Below are positions 1-9,541 of a stretch of 64,000 nucleotides of DNA, one piece after another (the first letter of the stretch is position 1; each line of letters begins with the position of its first letter). The DNA comes from an uncultured Solirubrobacteraceae bacterium (lineage in GTDB: Bacteria > Actinomycetota > Thermoleophilia > Solirubrobacterales > Solirubrobacteraceae). The DNA lies in assembly GCA_963806395.1 (NCBI GenBank), contig CAWDYI010000005.1:242288-306287 (forward strand). Direction: 5' to 3'. The notes under the pieces were generated by a model. The model saw only the letters and a list, made by a program, of their open reading frames with translations. It searched no databases and had not been told where the DNA came from. A program made the position numbers and the translations under genes.

Positions 1-362
1 ATGGCGCCAAGGCCGACCAGCAGCGCGGCGCGGCTTGCGAACAGCGCCAGCCAGACGATCGGGAGCATGACCAGCGGCGCGTACCCGGACGAGCTGGTGG
101 TGCCCGAGTGGCGAAGCAGCGCGACGACGCCGAAGTAGGCCAGCGGGAGCAGCACGATCAGGACGCGGCCACGCCGGCGCCGGGCGGCCACCAGCCCGAC
201 CACCGCGATCACGGCGGTCAGCGCCGCCGCCGTGCCGAACAGCACCCAGTCCGTCTCCGGGCCCGGTAGCAGCTGCACGAGCAGGCCGACGATCGCGGCC
301 GCCGCGAACGGAAGGATCACCCGCGGGGGCACGGTCTGCTCGACTGACGAGCGGTCCACCAT
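1..362 (-). CDS. membrane protein, N-terminal fragment (gene continues past left edge)
   Basis: Hand translation from ATG at 362 (minus): MVDRSSVEQTVPPRVILPFAAAAIVGLLVQLLPGPETDWVLFGTAAALTAVIAVVGLVAARRRRGRVLIVLLPLAYFG... It has several hydrophobic helices and G/C at nearly every third position. It is open to nt 1, so it is absent from the ORF track. Confidence 0.5.
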   Translation of the reverse strand, partial: MVDRSSVEQTVPPRVILPFAAAAIVGLLVQLLPGPETDWVLFGTAAALTAVIAVVGLVAARRRRGRVLIVLLPLAYFGVVALLRHSGTTSSSGYAPLVMLPIVWLALFASRAALLVGLGA

Positions 363-382
363 GGCTCCCTGTCGGGATCTCC

Positions 383-1018
383 TCACTCGTCGGTCAGTAG
401 GGCCTCCAGCTCCGCTACGGCTGATGCCGTGTCACGGAACACAATCCCCTGCATACCCGCTTTTCGTGCTGCCGCGACGTTGACCTCCAGGTCGTCGACG
501 AACGCGCACGCCTCGCCGGGCAGCCCGAGCCGCTCGAGCGTGAGCTCGTAGATCGCCGGCTCGGGCTTGCGCATGCCGACGAACGCGGAGTCCACGACCA
601 CCTCGAAGACGTCGTCGATCGGGAGCTTCGCCCGCCACAGCGGCTCCCACTCGCGCACGTTGTTGGTGCACAGCGCGAAGCGCAGGCCGCGTTCGAGCTG
701 CAGTGCGCGGTAGCGCTCGAACAGCGTGTAGTTCGGCTGCAGCGCGTCCATCAGCCGCGCGCCGAACCCATGGAGCGAGACGTTCAGCCCGGCGGCGTCG
801 GCCAGCCCGTTCTCGAGCCGTGCGAGGAACTCGGACTCGCTGATCTCGCCGCGCTCGAGCGCGTACAACGGATGCTCACCGTCGTGCTCGAGGCTGTAGG
901 CCATCGCCGCGCCGTAGGCCTCGAGCGGGACGTCGATCCGCTCCTGGACCGCCGAGAACGCCTCCAGCAACGGGGTTGTGAGGACTCCGCCGAAGTCGGA
1001 GATCACGGCCTTGATCAT
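383..1018 (-). CDS. HAD-superfamily hydrolase
   Basis: Last 211 codons of track ORF 383..1618, from ATG 1018. MIKAVISDFGGVLT ... CTNN ... VVDSAFVGMRKPEPAIY ... FVDDLEVNVAAARKAGM matches HAD motifs I-IV. The upstream ~200 codons of the track ORF are Arg-rich shadow. Confidence 0.85.
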   Translation of the reverse strand: MIKAVISDFGGVLTTPLLEAFSAVQERIDVPLEAYGAAMAYSLEHDGEHPLYALERGEISESEFLARLENGLADAAGLNVSLHGFGARLMDALQPNYTLFERYRALQLERGLRFALCTNNVREWEPLWRAKLPIDDVFEVVVDSAFVGMRKPEPAIYELTLERLGLPGEACAFVDDLEVNVAAARKAGMQGIVFRDTASAVAELEALLTDE

Positions 1019-1845
1019 GCGAGCCGAACGACGTCGTAACGGCCGATGCCGGAGCGGCCGTCCATGTGCCAGCGCGCGAACGCGCAGTCGAGTCGCAGTT
1101 GCCCCAGCTCGAGCGTCGAGCCGCAGACGACCTCGCACGATGCTCGGCGCGGGTACGCGTCGTCCTCCCCGACCCACAGCTCCAGGCCGGCGCTGCGCTG
1201 GCGGCCGGCCTCGTCGTACGTGGTCGACAGCCGCGGCTCGTCGACGCGCAGGTTGCCCGTCGGGCCGAGCAGGGCCGCCCACGTCGCATCGCCCTCGTGG
1301 TCGCCGGCGCCGGACGGCCGCACGGCGGTGAGCACGACGCCGGAGCCGTCGTCGAGCCAGGCCGCCAGCGTGCGCGTCGACCCGATCTGCTCCCAGTCCG
1401 GCTCGCCCCACGAGTGGCCGCGCTGCCCGAGGCACCGCACCTCGCGCGCGTGCCCGCCGATCCGCACGGTGCCCTGGACGCGGCAGAGCTGCTCGTAGCC
1501 CTCCATCCCGCCGGCCTGCGCGGCCGACTCGGATGCCTCGAGCTCGGCCGGGGTGCCGGACGCCTCGAAGCTCAGCTCGAACCCGTCCGCGCCGCCGTCG
1601 CCGAAACGGACGGTCCACCGGCGCAGCGGCTCGTCGACGGTCGCTTCGAGCCCGGGCAGGGCGAGCCGCTCGAGCCCGGCGTCCGCGGTCAGCGGGACGC
1701 CTCCGCGCGCGTGCACCGCGACGGGCTCGGAGCCGGCGAACAGCACGGCCAGCGCACTGCCGGTCCGGTCGCCGTCGGCTCCCGACAGCCCGAGTCGCGC
1801 GAGCCCGTAGAGATCGGCGGCCGGATCGCCGAACGAGAACGTCAC
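1015..1845 (-). CDS. conserved hypothetical protein (no domain I can assign)
   Basis: 276-aa ORF with GC3-rich codons. Its stop overlaps the HAD start (ATGA at 1015-1018). The GTG start at 1845 is provisional. Confidence 0.6.
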   Translation of the reverse strand: MTFSFGDPAADLYGLARLGLSGADGDRTGSALAVLFAGSEPVAVHARGGVPLTADAGLERLALPGLEATVDEPLRRWTVRFGDGGADGFELSFEASGTPAELEASESAAQAGGMEGYEQLCRVQGTVRIGGHAREVRCLGQRGHSWGEPDWEQIGSTRTLAAWLDDGSGVVLTAVRPSGAGDHEGDATWAALLGPTGNLRVDEPRLSTTYDEAGRQRSAGLELWVGEDDAYPRRASCEVVCGSTLELGQLRLDCAFARWHMDGRSGIGRYDVVRLA

Positions 1846-1901
1846 CGCGTCCGAGAAGCCCGGCCCCGTCGGGCGCCGGGCGCTTTCAGACCCCGCGTCG
1901 G

Positions 1902-2372
1902 TCAGGTCGACTCCCTCCGCGACTCGATCGCATCGTCCTCGACGTCAACCGCGGTGCCCTCGACGTCGTAGGTGCGTCCGGCCCGCGGACGCGGTGCGGT
2001 CATGCTCACGACCATCCGGTGGGCGAAGCGCCGCACCAGGACCATGCGCACGACTGCGCGCGTGGGCGGGAGCAGCAGCACGAGCCCGAGCACGTCGGTG
2101 ATGAAGCCGGGCGTCAGCAGCAGCGCCCCGCCGAAGATCACGAGCATGCCGTCGAGCACCTCGCGCGCCGGGACGCGGCCGGACGCCATCACATCGTTGA
2201 AGCGCCGCCACGTTGCGCGGCCCTGCGAGCGCATGAGGATCGAGCCGAGGATCGAGTCGGCGACCAGGATCCCGATCGTCCACCACACCCCGATCTGCTG
2301 GCCGACCTGGATGATCACGAACAGCTCCGCGATCGGTACGACGATGAACAGAAGGACGAGCGGGAGCAGCAT
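1902..2372 (-). CDS. fxsA: FxsA family cytoplasmic membrane protein
   Basis: 156 aa. N-terminal helices MLLPLVLLFIVVPIAELFVIIQVG and the GGALLLTPGFITDVLGLVLLLPPTR signature are typical of FxsA. Confidence 0.8.
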   Translation of the reverse strand: MLLPLVLLFIVVPIAELFVIIQVGQQIGVWWTIGILVADSILGSILMRSQGRATWRRFNDVMASGRVPAREVLDGMLVIFGGALLLTPGFITDVLGLVLLLPPTRAVVRMVLVRRFAHRMVVSMTAPRPRAGRTYDVEGTAVDVEDDAIESRREST

Positions 2373-2419
2373 GGGGAGGACCCCACACGTTACGACGCCC
2401 GCGCCCGGGACGTGGTGAA

Positions 2420-2893
2420 GTGCGCCCGATGATCGAGGTGACCGCCGAGCGCACGATCCCCGCCGCGCCGGACGCGCTGTGGCCGCTGGTCAGCGAGCCG
2501 GCGCGACTGCCCGAGTGGTTCACGTTCGCCGAGCGCGTCGAAGTGCTCGACGGCGGGGCCGAGGGCCCGGGCCAGCGTCGTCGCCAGCACGGCCACTGGG
2601 GCAAGCGCCGCTCCGAGGTCGATCAGGTCATCACGCGCTGGGATCCGCAGCAGGCGCTGGCCTGGCGGCATGAAGCGGAGCGCCTGAACGGCAAGCCCGC
2701 CCCGCGCTTCGCCGCGTCGACGGACTTCAGCATCGAGCTGGTGCCGGACGGCGCCGGGACGCGCGTCCGCCTGCGCTCCGCCCAGGTGCCGGCGGGGCCG
2801 CTGCGCGGGCTCCTCATCCGCGCGTTCGGACGGCGCGAGGTCGCGACCGCGCTGAACGACTCGCTCGAACGGCTGGCCGCCGCTACGAGCTGA
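2420..2893 (+). CDS. SRPBCC (polyketide cyclase/dehydrase-like) family protein
   Basis: 157 aa. IEVTAERTIPAAPDALWPLVSEPARLPEWF is a typical Bet v1/START-like N-terminus. Start is GTG 2420 or ATG 2429. Confidence 0.7.
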   Translation: MRPMIEVTAERTIPAAPDALWPLVSEPARLPEWFTFAERVEVLDGGAEGPGQRRRQHGHWGKRRSEVDQVITRWDPQQALAWRHEAERLNGKPAPRFAASTDFSIELVPDGAGTRVRLRSAQVPAGPLRGLLIRAFGRREVATALNDSLERLAAATS

Positions 2894-3212
2894 GCGCCGG
2901 CTGCGCGCCGTCGAGCCGCACGGCCGGCAGCCGGTGCAGGCCGACCGTCTCGATCAGCGTGCGGATGTTCGGTTGCGCCCCGCTCAGCCACAACGTGCGG
3001 CCCTGCGCGCGCAGCCGCTGCGCCAGGCACGCGAGGTCGATCATCAGCGACGGGTCGGCGAAGCGCAGTTCGGAGAGGTCGACGATCACGTCCCGGGTCG
3101 CCTTCAGCGCCGTCGAAAATGGTCGCCGCCGTCGACCGCTGGTCGTTCTGTCCTCGTCCCCCGTGATCCTCAGGATCGCCAGCTGCGCGTCGAAGTGAAC
3201 GATGAGGGGAAC
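2883..3212 (-). pseudogene. STAS-domain (anti-sigma-factor antagonist-like) gene, probably degraded
   Basis: Track ORF 2883..3089 (VIVDLSELRFADPSLMIDLACLAQRLRAQGRTLWLSGAQPNIRTLIETVGL) is only the C-terminal two thirds of a STAS fold. Upstream in-frame codons up to the stop at 3213-3215 read VPLIVHFDAQLAILRITGDED... but contain no ATG/GTG/TTG. Codons around 3110-3150 have better GC3 in another frame (QNDQRSTAATIFDG). Confidence 0.45.
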
Positions 3213-3271
3213 CTAATACATACCCGCGGGTTCGTGAAGGGCGCCGTCAGGTAATCCGTACACTTAGGGGG

Positions 3272-3568
3272 ATGATTGACGAAGAAGACGTCTTCGAGGC
3301 GCTCAGCAACGTCATCGATCCGGAGCTCGGACTCGATTTCGTCGAGCTCGGACTCGTGTACGGCGTCGAGATCGACGGCGGCAGCGTCGCCGTCACCTTC
3401 ACGCTGACGACACCCGCCTGCCCGATCGGGCCTCAGGTCTCCGAGCAGATGAAGGAGTTCGTCGGCGAGATCCCCGGCGTCGAGGACGTCGTGCCGAACA
3501 TGGTCTTCACGCCCCCTTGGACGCCCGAGAAGATGTCCGAGGACGCGAAGTTCGCTTTGGGCTACTAG
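3272..3568 (+). CDS. metal-sulfur cluster assembly factor, DUF59 (SufT/PaaD-like)
   Basis: 98 aa. VFEALSNVIDPELGLDFVELGLVY ... TLTTPACPIGP is the classic DUF59 pattern. A GGGGG RBS precedes the ATG. Confidence 0.85.
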   Translation: MIDEEDVFEALSNVIDPELGLDFVELGLVYGVEIDGGSVAVTFTLTTPACPIGPQVSEQMKEFVGEIPGVEDVVPNMVFTPPWTPEKMSEDAKFALGY

Positions 3569-4985
3569 GGGCCTTGCCGTTCGAGGTGTGCCTGCGCGCC
3601 TCGGCCAGCAGCTCGTCGCGCGTCTCGCCGAGCATGACGCCGAGCGCGTCGAGGTCGGGCATCGCGTCGTAGTCACCCAGCAGTCCGAAGTCCATCCCGC
3701 CGTTGTAGGACATGATCGCCACCGCGAGCGCGTGGTTGCGCGGGAGGAACGCGACCGGGAACAGGTCCTGAAGCTCGCGCCCGAGGATGTAGAGCGGGAA
3801 CTGCGGGCCGGGGACGTTGGTGACGAGCAGGTTGAACAGGCGGGTGGAGAAGTTCATCCGCGAAGCCTGCGCGAGCACCGTCGGCGGTGCGAGGTTCTGC
3901 ACGCCGGCCAGCACCTCGGCGCCGACGGCCTGCTTTGACTCCTTGAGGCCGTTCATCGCCTGCCGGACGACCTCCAGCCGTGCGATCGGGTCCTCGACGT
4001 AGACCGGGAGCGGGCCGCGCATCGCCGCGAGCCGGTTGCCCATGTGCCCGTGCTCGTCGGCGCCGCGGATCGAGACCGGCACGAGCGCCCGCAGCTCGAG
4101 CCCTTCGGTGCGGACGCCGCGCGACTGCAGCCAGCGGCGCAGCGCGCCCGCCACGACGGTCAGCACGACGTCGTTGACGGTTCCCCCGAACGCATCCTTG
4201 ATCGCCTTGAACTCGGCCAGCTCGCAGCGCACGAGCACGAGCCGCCGATGCGGGCCGATCGGCACGTTGAGCGGCGTCTCGGGCGCCGGGTTGAGACCGG
4301 CCCACGCGACCTCGGCGACACCTTCGAACGCCTCGCGCGCTGCGTGCAGCGACGCGGTCGGCCGCGAGGCGGCGCCGATCGCGCGACCGGCGAGCGAAAA
4401 CGGCAGCTGGACCACACCGCGGACGCCGCGCGCGGCCAGCGACGCGGCGCTCGGCTCCGGCTGCGGCACCCACGGCTCACCCTCGTGCGGGAGTGCCGGC
4501 GGCACCGGCTCGAGGTCGAACAGCACGGTCGCGAGGTCGACGCCGGCCACGCCGTCCACGAGCGCGTGGTGCGCCTTCGAGATCAAAGCGAAGCGCCCGT
4601 CCTCGAGCCCCTGCACGAGCCACAGCTCCCACAGCGGCTTGGTGCGGTCGAGCTGCTGGGAGTGGATGCGGGCGGCGAGCGCCTGCAGTTGCTCTTCGGT
4701 GCCGGGGTCCGGCAGCGCGGTGTGGCGCAGGTGGTACTCGAGGTTGAAGCTCGGGTCGTCGATCCACAGCGGCCGCCCGGTCTCCAGCGGCGGCACCGCG
4801 AGCTTCTGGCGATAGCGGGGAACGAGGTGCAGCCGGCCGCGCACGTGGTCGGCGAAGTCCGAGAACGCCGGCGGCGGCCCTTCGAAGAGCATCACGGCGC
4901 CGATGTGCATGTGCGACGTCGGCCCTTCCTGGGCGAGGAAGGACGCGTCCACCGCAGTGAGTCGATCGCCGTGCGCCTGCGCCAT
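3507..4985 (-). CDS. wax ester synthase / diacylglycerol O-acyltransferase (WS/DGAT)
   Basis: 492 aa. N-terminus LTAVDASFLAQEGPTSHMHIGAVMLFEG and the catalytic HHALVDGVAG (HHxxxDG) motif. The 3' end overlaps the convergent DUF59 gene by 62 nt. Confidence 0.85.
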   Translation of the reverse strand: MAQAHGDRLTAVDASFLAQEGPTSHMHIGAVMLFEGPPPAFSDFADHVRGRLHLVPRYRQKLAVPPLETGRPLWIDDPSFNLEYHLRHTALPDPGTEEQLQALAARIHSQQLDRTKPLWELWLVQGLEDGRFALISKAHHALVDGVAGVDLATVLFDLEPVPPALPHEGEPWVPQPEPSAASLAARGVRGVVQLPFSLAGRAIGAASRPTASLHAAREAFEGVAEVAWAGLNPAPETPLNVPIGPHRRLVLVRCELAEFKAIKDAFGGTVNDVVLTVVAGALRRWLQSRGVRTEGLELRALVPVSIRGADEHGHMGNRLAAMRGPLPVYVEDPIARLEVVRQAMNGLKESKQAVGAEVLAGVQNLAPPTVLAQASRMNFSTRLFNLLVTNVPGPQFPLYILGRELQDLFPVAFLPRNHALAVAIMSYNGGMDFGLLGDYDAMPDLDALGVMLGETRDELLAEARRHTSNGKAPSSPKRTSRPRTSSRASKGA

Positions 4986-5024
4986 GGTTTCTCCTAGCCG
5001 AGCCGGTCGCGGGAGAGCCTAGCG

Positions 5025-5750
5025 TCAGGCGAGAGCCGTCGCGAGCCCTGCCGCGACGGCGACGAGCAGCGCCACGGTCAGCACCGCCTCGTACTTCCCG
5101 CTGCCGGCCAGCCGGGCGAACAGCGGGCGCCCCGCGAGGTGGCCGGCGACGACGACGGGAACGAGGACCGCGACCAGCGTCGCGTCCGGCACCGCGCCGT
5201 GCGTGCCCGTCGCCCACAGCGCGATCACGCCGACCACGCTGAGCCCGAGGAAGACGACGGTCATCGTGTCGCGCACGCGCGCCGGCTCGAGCGAGCGGCC
5301 GAGCAGGTAGACGATCACGGGCGGGCCGGCGGTCGTCGTCGAGGTCGTCAGGCCGCCCGCGATCACGCCGGCCGGCACCGCCACCCAGCCCGGCATCTGG
5401 CGCCCGGCGGCGAGGCGGCGCGCGACCAGCGTGGCCACGACGCCGATGCTCACCGCGACCTGGAGCGCGACCGCGTCGAGCGCCCGCAGGACGGCGACGC
5501 CGGCGACCGCCCCCGGCACCGAGCACGCGAGGATGACGACGCACTCGCGCGCGACCGGCTGCGGCCGGCGGCGCTCGGTGAGCAGGGTGAGGACGTTGAC
5601 GAGCGTGCCGAGCACGATCAGCAGGCCGACCGCCTCCTCCGGCCCGACCGCGGCGAACACCAGCGGTGCCGCGAGCACGGAGAAGCCGAAGCCGGTGGCG
5701 GACTGCAGCGCCGCTCCCGCCGCCACCGCCGCGGCCGCCAGCAGCGGCAT
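5025..5750 (-). CDS. sulfite exporter TauE/SafE family membrane protein
   Basis: 241 aa and polytopic. QSATGFGFSVLAAPL and the repeated Gly-rich helices are typical of TauE/SafE. Confidence 0.75.
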   Translation of the reverse strand: MPLLAAAAVAAGAALQSATGFGFSVLAAPLVFAAVGPEEAVGLLIVLGTLVNVLTLLTERRRPQPVARECVVILACSVPGAVAGVAVLRALDAVALQVAVSIGVVATLVARRLAAGRQMPGWVAVPAGVIAGGLTTSTTTAGPPVIVYLLGRSLEPARVRDTMTVVFLGLSVVGVIALWATGTHGAVPDATLVAVLVPVVVAGHLAGRPLFARLAGSGKYEAVLTVALLVAVAAGLATALA

Positions 5751-6343
5751 CAGAGCAGGCGGTCGTCGCGGTGCGCGCCGAGCCAGGCCGACTGCCGCGG
5801 CATCACTCTTGCCATCAGGTCATCCCCGCGCGGCTGGCCGTAGACGGTGCCTGGGAAGTCGAGCTCGCGCTGGATCGCCCAGATCTCCTCGTGACGATCG
5901 GGCGACAGGATCTCGGCCGGGTCGCCGACCGCGACCCAGCCGATCGGCACGACGGCGCCGTCGGCGAGCGCGGAGTTCACATGGACGACGCCGTTGATCC
6001 GCACCTCGGCCCGGTACCCGATCCGCGCGCCCGGGAACAGCGCTGCGCCGGTGGCGATGAAGGACTCGGCGGCGATGGTGGCGCCGTTGACGTGCGCGTG
6101 CGGGCCGATCAGCACGTCGTCGCCGACGACGACCGGGTGGGCGGCGCGGCCGCGCACGAGCGCGTGCTCCATCACCGCGCAGCGCTCGCCGATCTGCACG
6201 CTGCCGTCCTCGGCCGTGAGGACGGCGTTCCACAGCACGCGCGCGCCGGCGGCCACGCGGACGTCGCCGCACAACACGGCGGTCGGGGCGATCCAGGCGC
6301 TGGGATGGACGGTCGGCGTTGCGCCTCTGTGCTCGACCAGCAT
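5750..6343 (-). CDS. gamma carbonic anhydrase-like / left-handed beta-helix (hexapeptide repeat) protein
   Basis: Last 197 codons of track ORF 5750..7606, from ATG 6343. TVHPSAWIAPTAVLCGDVRVAAGARVLWNAVLTAEDGSVQIGERCAVMEHALV ... IGPHAHVNGATI shows hexapeptide repeats. The remainder of the track ORF is antisense shadow of the ACAD gene. Confidence 0.8.
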   Translation of the reverse strand: MLVEHRGATPTVHPSAWIAPTAVLCGDVRVAAGARVLWNAVLTAEDGSVQIGERCAVMEHALVRGRAAHPVVVGDDVLIGPHAHVNGATIAAESFIATGAALFPGARIGYRAEVRINGVVHVNSALADGAVVPIGWVAVGDPAEILSPDRHEEIWAIQRELDFPGTVYGQPRGDDLMARVMPRQSAWLGAHRDDRLL

Positions 6344-6376
6344 CCCCTTCAGGTTACGGCTGCGATCATTCCGGCG

Positions 6377-7678
6377 ATGGCATGGGACTTCTCCACCGAA
6401 CCGGAATTCCAGGCGCAGCTCGACTGGATGCGCGACTTCGTGCGCGACGAGATATGGCCGATCGAGACGGTGTTCGAGGAGCTCGGCCAGGACGGCTTCG
6501 ACCGCGCGATGGCGCCGCTGAAGGAGCGCGTGCGCGAGCGCGGCCTGTGGGCGGCCCATCTGCCGCCGGAGCTCGGCGGTCAAGGCTTCGGGCAGGTCAA
6601 GCTCGGGCTGATGCACGAGATCCTCGGCTCGAGCCCGTTCGCGCCGGTGGCGTTCGGCAACCAGGCGCCGGACTCGGGCAACTCGGAGGTGCTCGCGCTC
6701 GCCGGCACCGATGACCAGAAGGAGCAGTGGCTGCATCCGCTGCTGGCCGGCGACCTGCGCTCGGCCTTCTCGATGACCGAGCCGGACACCGCCGGCAGCG
6801 ACCCGACGTTGCTCGAGACGCTCGCGGTAGAGGACTCGGACGGGTGGGTGGTCAACGGCCGCAAGTGGTTCTCCACCAACGCATCGGTGGCCGACTTCCT
6901 GATCCTCATGGCCGTCACCGATCCCGATGCGCACCGCTACCAGCGCGCGTCGATGTTCATCGTGCCGGTCGACACGCCGGGCGTGCAGATCGTGCGTGAC
7001 GTGCCGACGATGGAGCATCCGTCCGAGCGCTTCGGCGCCTACGGAGGCCACGCCGAGATCGTCTACGAGGACGTGCGGCTGCCGAAGGAGGCGCTGCTCG
7101 GCGCACGCGGCGCCGGCTTCCTGATCGCCCAGCAGCGCCTCGGCCCGGGCCGGATCCACCACTGCATGCGCTGGCTCGGGGTCTCCCGCCGGGCGTTCGA
7201 CATGCTGTGCGAGCGCGCGCTCACGCGCTACTCGCACGGCTCGCTGCTGGCCGAGAAGCAGACCGTGCAGAACTGGATCGCCGACTCCGCCGCGCAGATG
7301 CAGGCCGCGCGGCTGATGACGCTGCACGCGGCATGGAGGATGGACACCGAGGGCGCCGCGGCCGCGCGGCAGGACATCGCGCTGATCAAGTTCTTCGGCG
7401 CGCAGGTGCTGCACGACGTGGTCGACCGGGCGCTCCAGGCGCACGGGTCGCTCGGCTACTCGACCGACCTGCCGCTCGAGCAGATGTACCGCTTCTCGCG
7501 CGGGGCGCGGCTCTACGACGGGCCGGACGAGGTGCATCGGCAGAGCGTCGCGCGGCAGATCCTGCGCGGCTACGAGGCGCCGGCGGACGGCGTCCCGAGC
7601 GAGCACGTCCCCACCCGTCGCGAGGCGGCGCGGGCGCGCTTCGCGGACCTGCTCGAGGCGGTGACCTCCAACGACTGA
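6377..7678 (+). CDS. acyl-CoA dehydrogenase family protein
   Basis: 433 aa from ATG 6377, inside track ORF 5666..7678. Supporting segments: MAWDFSTEPEFQAQLDWMRDFV, FSMTEPDTAGSDPT, GRKWFSTNASVADFLILMAVT and YDGPDEVHRQSVARQIL. Confidence 0.85.
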   Translation: MAWDFSTEPEFQAQLDWMRDFVRDEIWPIETVFEELGQDGFDRAMAPLKERVRERGLWAAHLPPELGGQGFGQVKLGLMHEILGSSPFAPVAFGNQAPDSGNSEVLALAGTDDQKEQWLHPLLAGDLRSAFSMTEPDTAGSDPTLLETLAVEDSDGWVVNGRKWFSTNASVADFLILMAVTDPDAHRYQRASMFIVPVDTPGVQIVRDVPTMEHPSERFGAYGGHAEIVYEDVRLPKEALLGARGAGFLIAQQRLGPGRIHHCMRWLGVSRRAFDMLCERALTRYSHGSLLAEKQTVQNWIADSAAQMQAARLMTLHAAWRMDTEGAAAARQDIALIKFFGAQVLHDVVDRALQAHGSLGYSTDLPLEQMYRFSRGARLYDGPDEVHRQSVARQILRGYEAPADGVPSEHVPTRREAARARFADLLEAVTSND

Positions 7679-7709
7679 GCGGGCCCGCCGCCTGCTGCCG
7701 CTGCTCGCG

Positions 7710-8582
7710 GTGGTGCTGCTGCTGGCCGCCGCCGGGCTCGCGGTGGCGGCCGTGAGCGGCGCGTTCGACTCCGGCGACGAGGCGCCGGCGGCGTCCGCGG
7801 CGCGTCTGAAGGTCGATCGCTTCGACCGCGAGAAGGCGTTCGCGAACCTGCGCTACCAGGTCGAGATGGGCCCGCGGCCCGCCGGCTCGGCGAAGGCGAG
7901 CGAGCTGGCCGAGTGGCTGCGCGAGCGGCTGCCGCGCGGACGCCTCCAGCGCGTGCCCGGCGGGCTCCAGAACGTCGTCGGCCGGATCCCCGGCCGGGGC
8001 AAGGCGATCGTCGTCGCCGCCCACTACGACACCAAGGCCCTACCCGGCTTCGTGGGCGCCAACGACGGCGCCGGCGGAACCGCCGCCGTGCTCGAGATCG
8101 CGCGTGTGCTGCGCGAGGCCAGACGGCCGGCGGGCGCGCCGCCGATCCGCTTCGTGCTGTTCGACGGCGAGGAGAGCCCGGACGACGCGAAGGACTTCTA
8201 CGCGACCGGCCTGCGCGGCTCGAAGTACTACGCCCGCCGCCATGCGGACGAGATCCGGGCGCTGATCCTGCTCGACTTCGTGGCCGAGAAGGGCCGCATG
8301 CGGATCCCGCGCGAGGCCGGGTCGCACCTCGGGCTGTGGAATCGCCTGCGCGCTGCCGCACGGCGCGTCGGCGCGCAGTCGGCGTTCCCGGACGACACGT
8401 CCGGCGAGGTGCTGGACGACCACACGCCGTTCACCCGCCGCGGGGTCCCGGCGATCGACCTGATCGACTTCACGTTCCGGTGCTGGCACAAGACGTGCGA
8501 CGACCTCGACGCCGTCTCCGCCCGCTCGCTCGACCTCACGGGCGAGACCGTCACCCAGATGCTCCTAGACTTGAGCCGGTGA
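7710..8582 (+). CDS. M28 family zinc peptidase / glutaminyl cyclase-like protein, secreted
   Basis: 290 aa with an N-terminal hydrophobic anchor. AAHYDTK ... GANDGAGGTAAVLEIARVL ... FVLFDGEE ... LDDHTPF are M28 metal-ligand motifs. GTG 7710 is the first start after the in-frame stop at 7662. Confidence 0.8.
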   Translation: MVLLLAAAGLAVAAVSGAFDSGDEAPAASAARLKVDRFDREKAFANLRYQVEMGPRPAGSAKASELAEWLRERLPRGRLQRVPGGLQNVVGRIPGRGKAIVVAAHYDTKALPGFVGANDGAGGTAAVLEIARVLREARRPAGAPPIRFVLFDGEESPDDAKDFYATGLRGSKYYARRHADEIRALILLDFVAEKGRMRIPREAGSHLGLWNRLRAAARRVGAQSAFPDDTSGEVLDDHTPFTRRGVPAIDLIDFTFRCWHKTCDDLDAVSARSLDLTGETVTQMLLDLSR

Positions 8583-9541
8583 GCTCCGCGCCCGAGAAAC
8601 TGCTGCTCGCCGCGCCCCGCGGTTACTGCGCGGGCGTGGACCGCGCCGTCCAGACGGTCGAGCGGCTGCTCGATATGCACGGGCCGCCGGTCTACGTGCG
8701 CAAGGAGATCGTCCACAACAAGCACGTGGTCGAGTCGCTGCGCGAGCGCGGGGCGATCTTCGTCGACGAGCTCGAGGACAGCATCCCCGAGGGCGCGATC
8801 ACCGTCTTCTCCGCCCACGGCGTCTCGCCGGCGGTGCACGCCGACGCCGAGCGCCGCGGCCTGCAGACGATCGACGCCACGTGCCCGCTCGTCACGAAGG
8901 TCCACCGCGAGGCGGTCAAGTTCGCCACCGAGGGCTACACGATCGTCCTGATCGGCCACGCCGGTCACGAGGAGGTCGAGGGCACGACGGGCGAGGCGCC
9001 CGACCACATCGTGCTCGTGCAGACGGAGGAGGACGTCGACACGCTCGAGGTCCCCGACCCCGACAAGGTCGCGTACATCTCGCAGACCACGCTGTCGGTC
9101 GACGAGACGCGCTCGATCATCAACAGGCTGCGCGAGAAGTTCCCGAGCATCACGGGCCCGCGGACCGACGACATCTGCTACGCGACCACCAACCGCCAGG
9201 CCGCGATCAAGCAGATGGCGGCCCAGTGCGACGTCGTGCTCGTCATAGGATCCGCCAACTCCTCGAACTCGCAGCGGATGGTGGACGTCGCGCGCGACCA
9301 CGGAGCGCAGGCGCACCTGATCGACAACGAGACGATGGTGCAGGAGGAGTGGCTCGAGGGCGCCCGCGTCGTCGGCATCTCGTCCGGCGCCAGCGCGCCC
9401 GAGGAGCTCGTCGAGCGCCTCGTGCAGTTCTTCCGCGACCGCGGGACGGAGACGGTCGAGACGTTCGAGGTCCTGCGCGAGGACGTCCGCTTCATGCTGC
9501 CGAAGGTGATCAGGCAGCAGATGGCGGCCCGGGCCGGCTAG
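8579..9541 (+). CDS. ispH: 4-hydroxy-3-methylbut-2-enyl diphosphate reductase
   Basis: 320 aa from GTG 8579 (GTGA overlap with the M28 stop). Supporting segments: LLLAAPRGYCAGVDRAV, VRKEIVHNKHVV, FSAHGVSP, DATCPLVTKVH, YISQTTLSVDET, DDICYATTNRQ, IGSANSSNSQRM and GISSGASAPE. Confidence 0.95.
   Translation: MSSAPEKLLLAAPRGYCAGVDRAVQTVERLLDMHGPPVYVRKEIVHNKHVVESLRERGAIFVDELEDSIPEGAITVFSAHGVSPAVHADAERRGLQTIDATCPLVTKVHREAVKFATEGYTIVLIGHAGHEEVEGTTGEAPDHIVLVQTEEDVDTLEVPDPDKVAYISQTTLSVDETRSIINRLREKFPSITGPRTDDICYATTNRQAAIKQMAAQCDVVLVIGSANSSNSQRMVDVARDHGAQAHLIDNETMVQEEWLEGARVVGISSGASAPEELVERLVQFFRDRGTETVETFEVLREDVRFMLPKVIRQQMAARAG

Noticed and set aside
232-483. 83-aa plus-strand ORF at the left edge
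   Set aside because: It overlaps the better-supported minus-strand membrane-protein start and the HAD gene end. It has poor codon bias.
6344-7606. N-terminal 420 codons of track ORF 5750..7606
   Set aside because: Only the last 197 codons form the hexapeptide-repeat protein. The rest is antisense to the acyl-CoA dehydrogenase.
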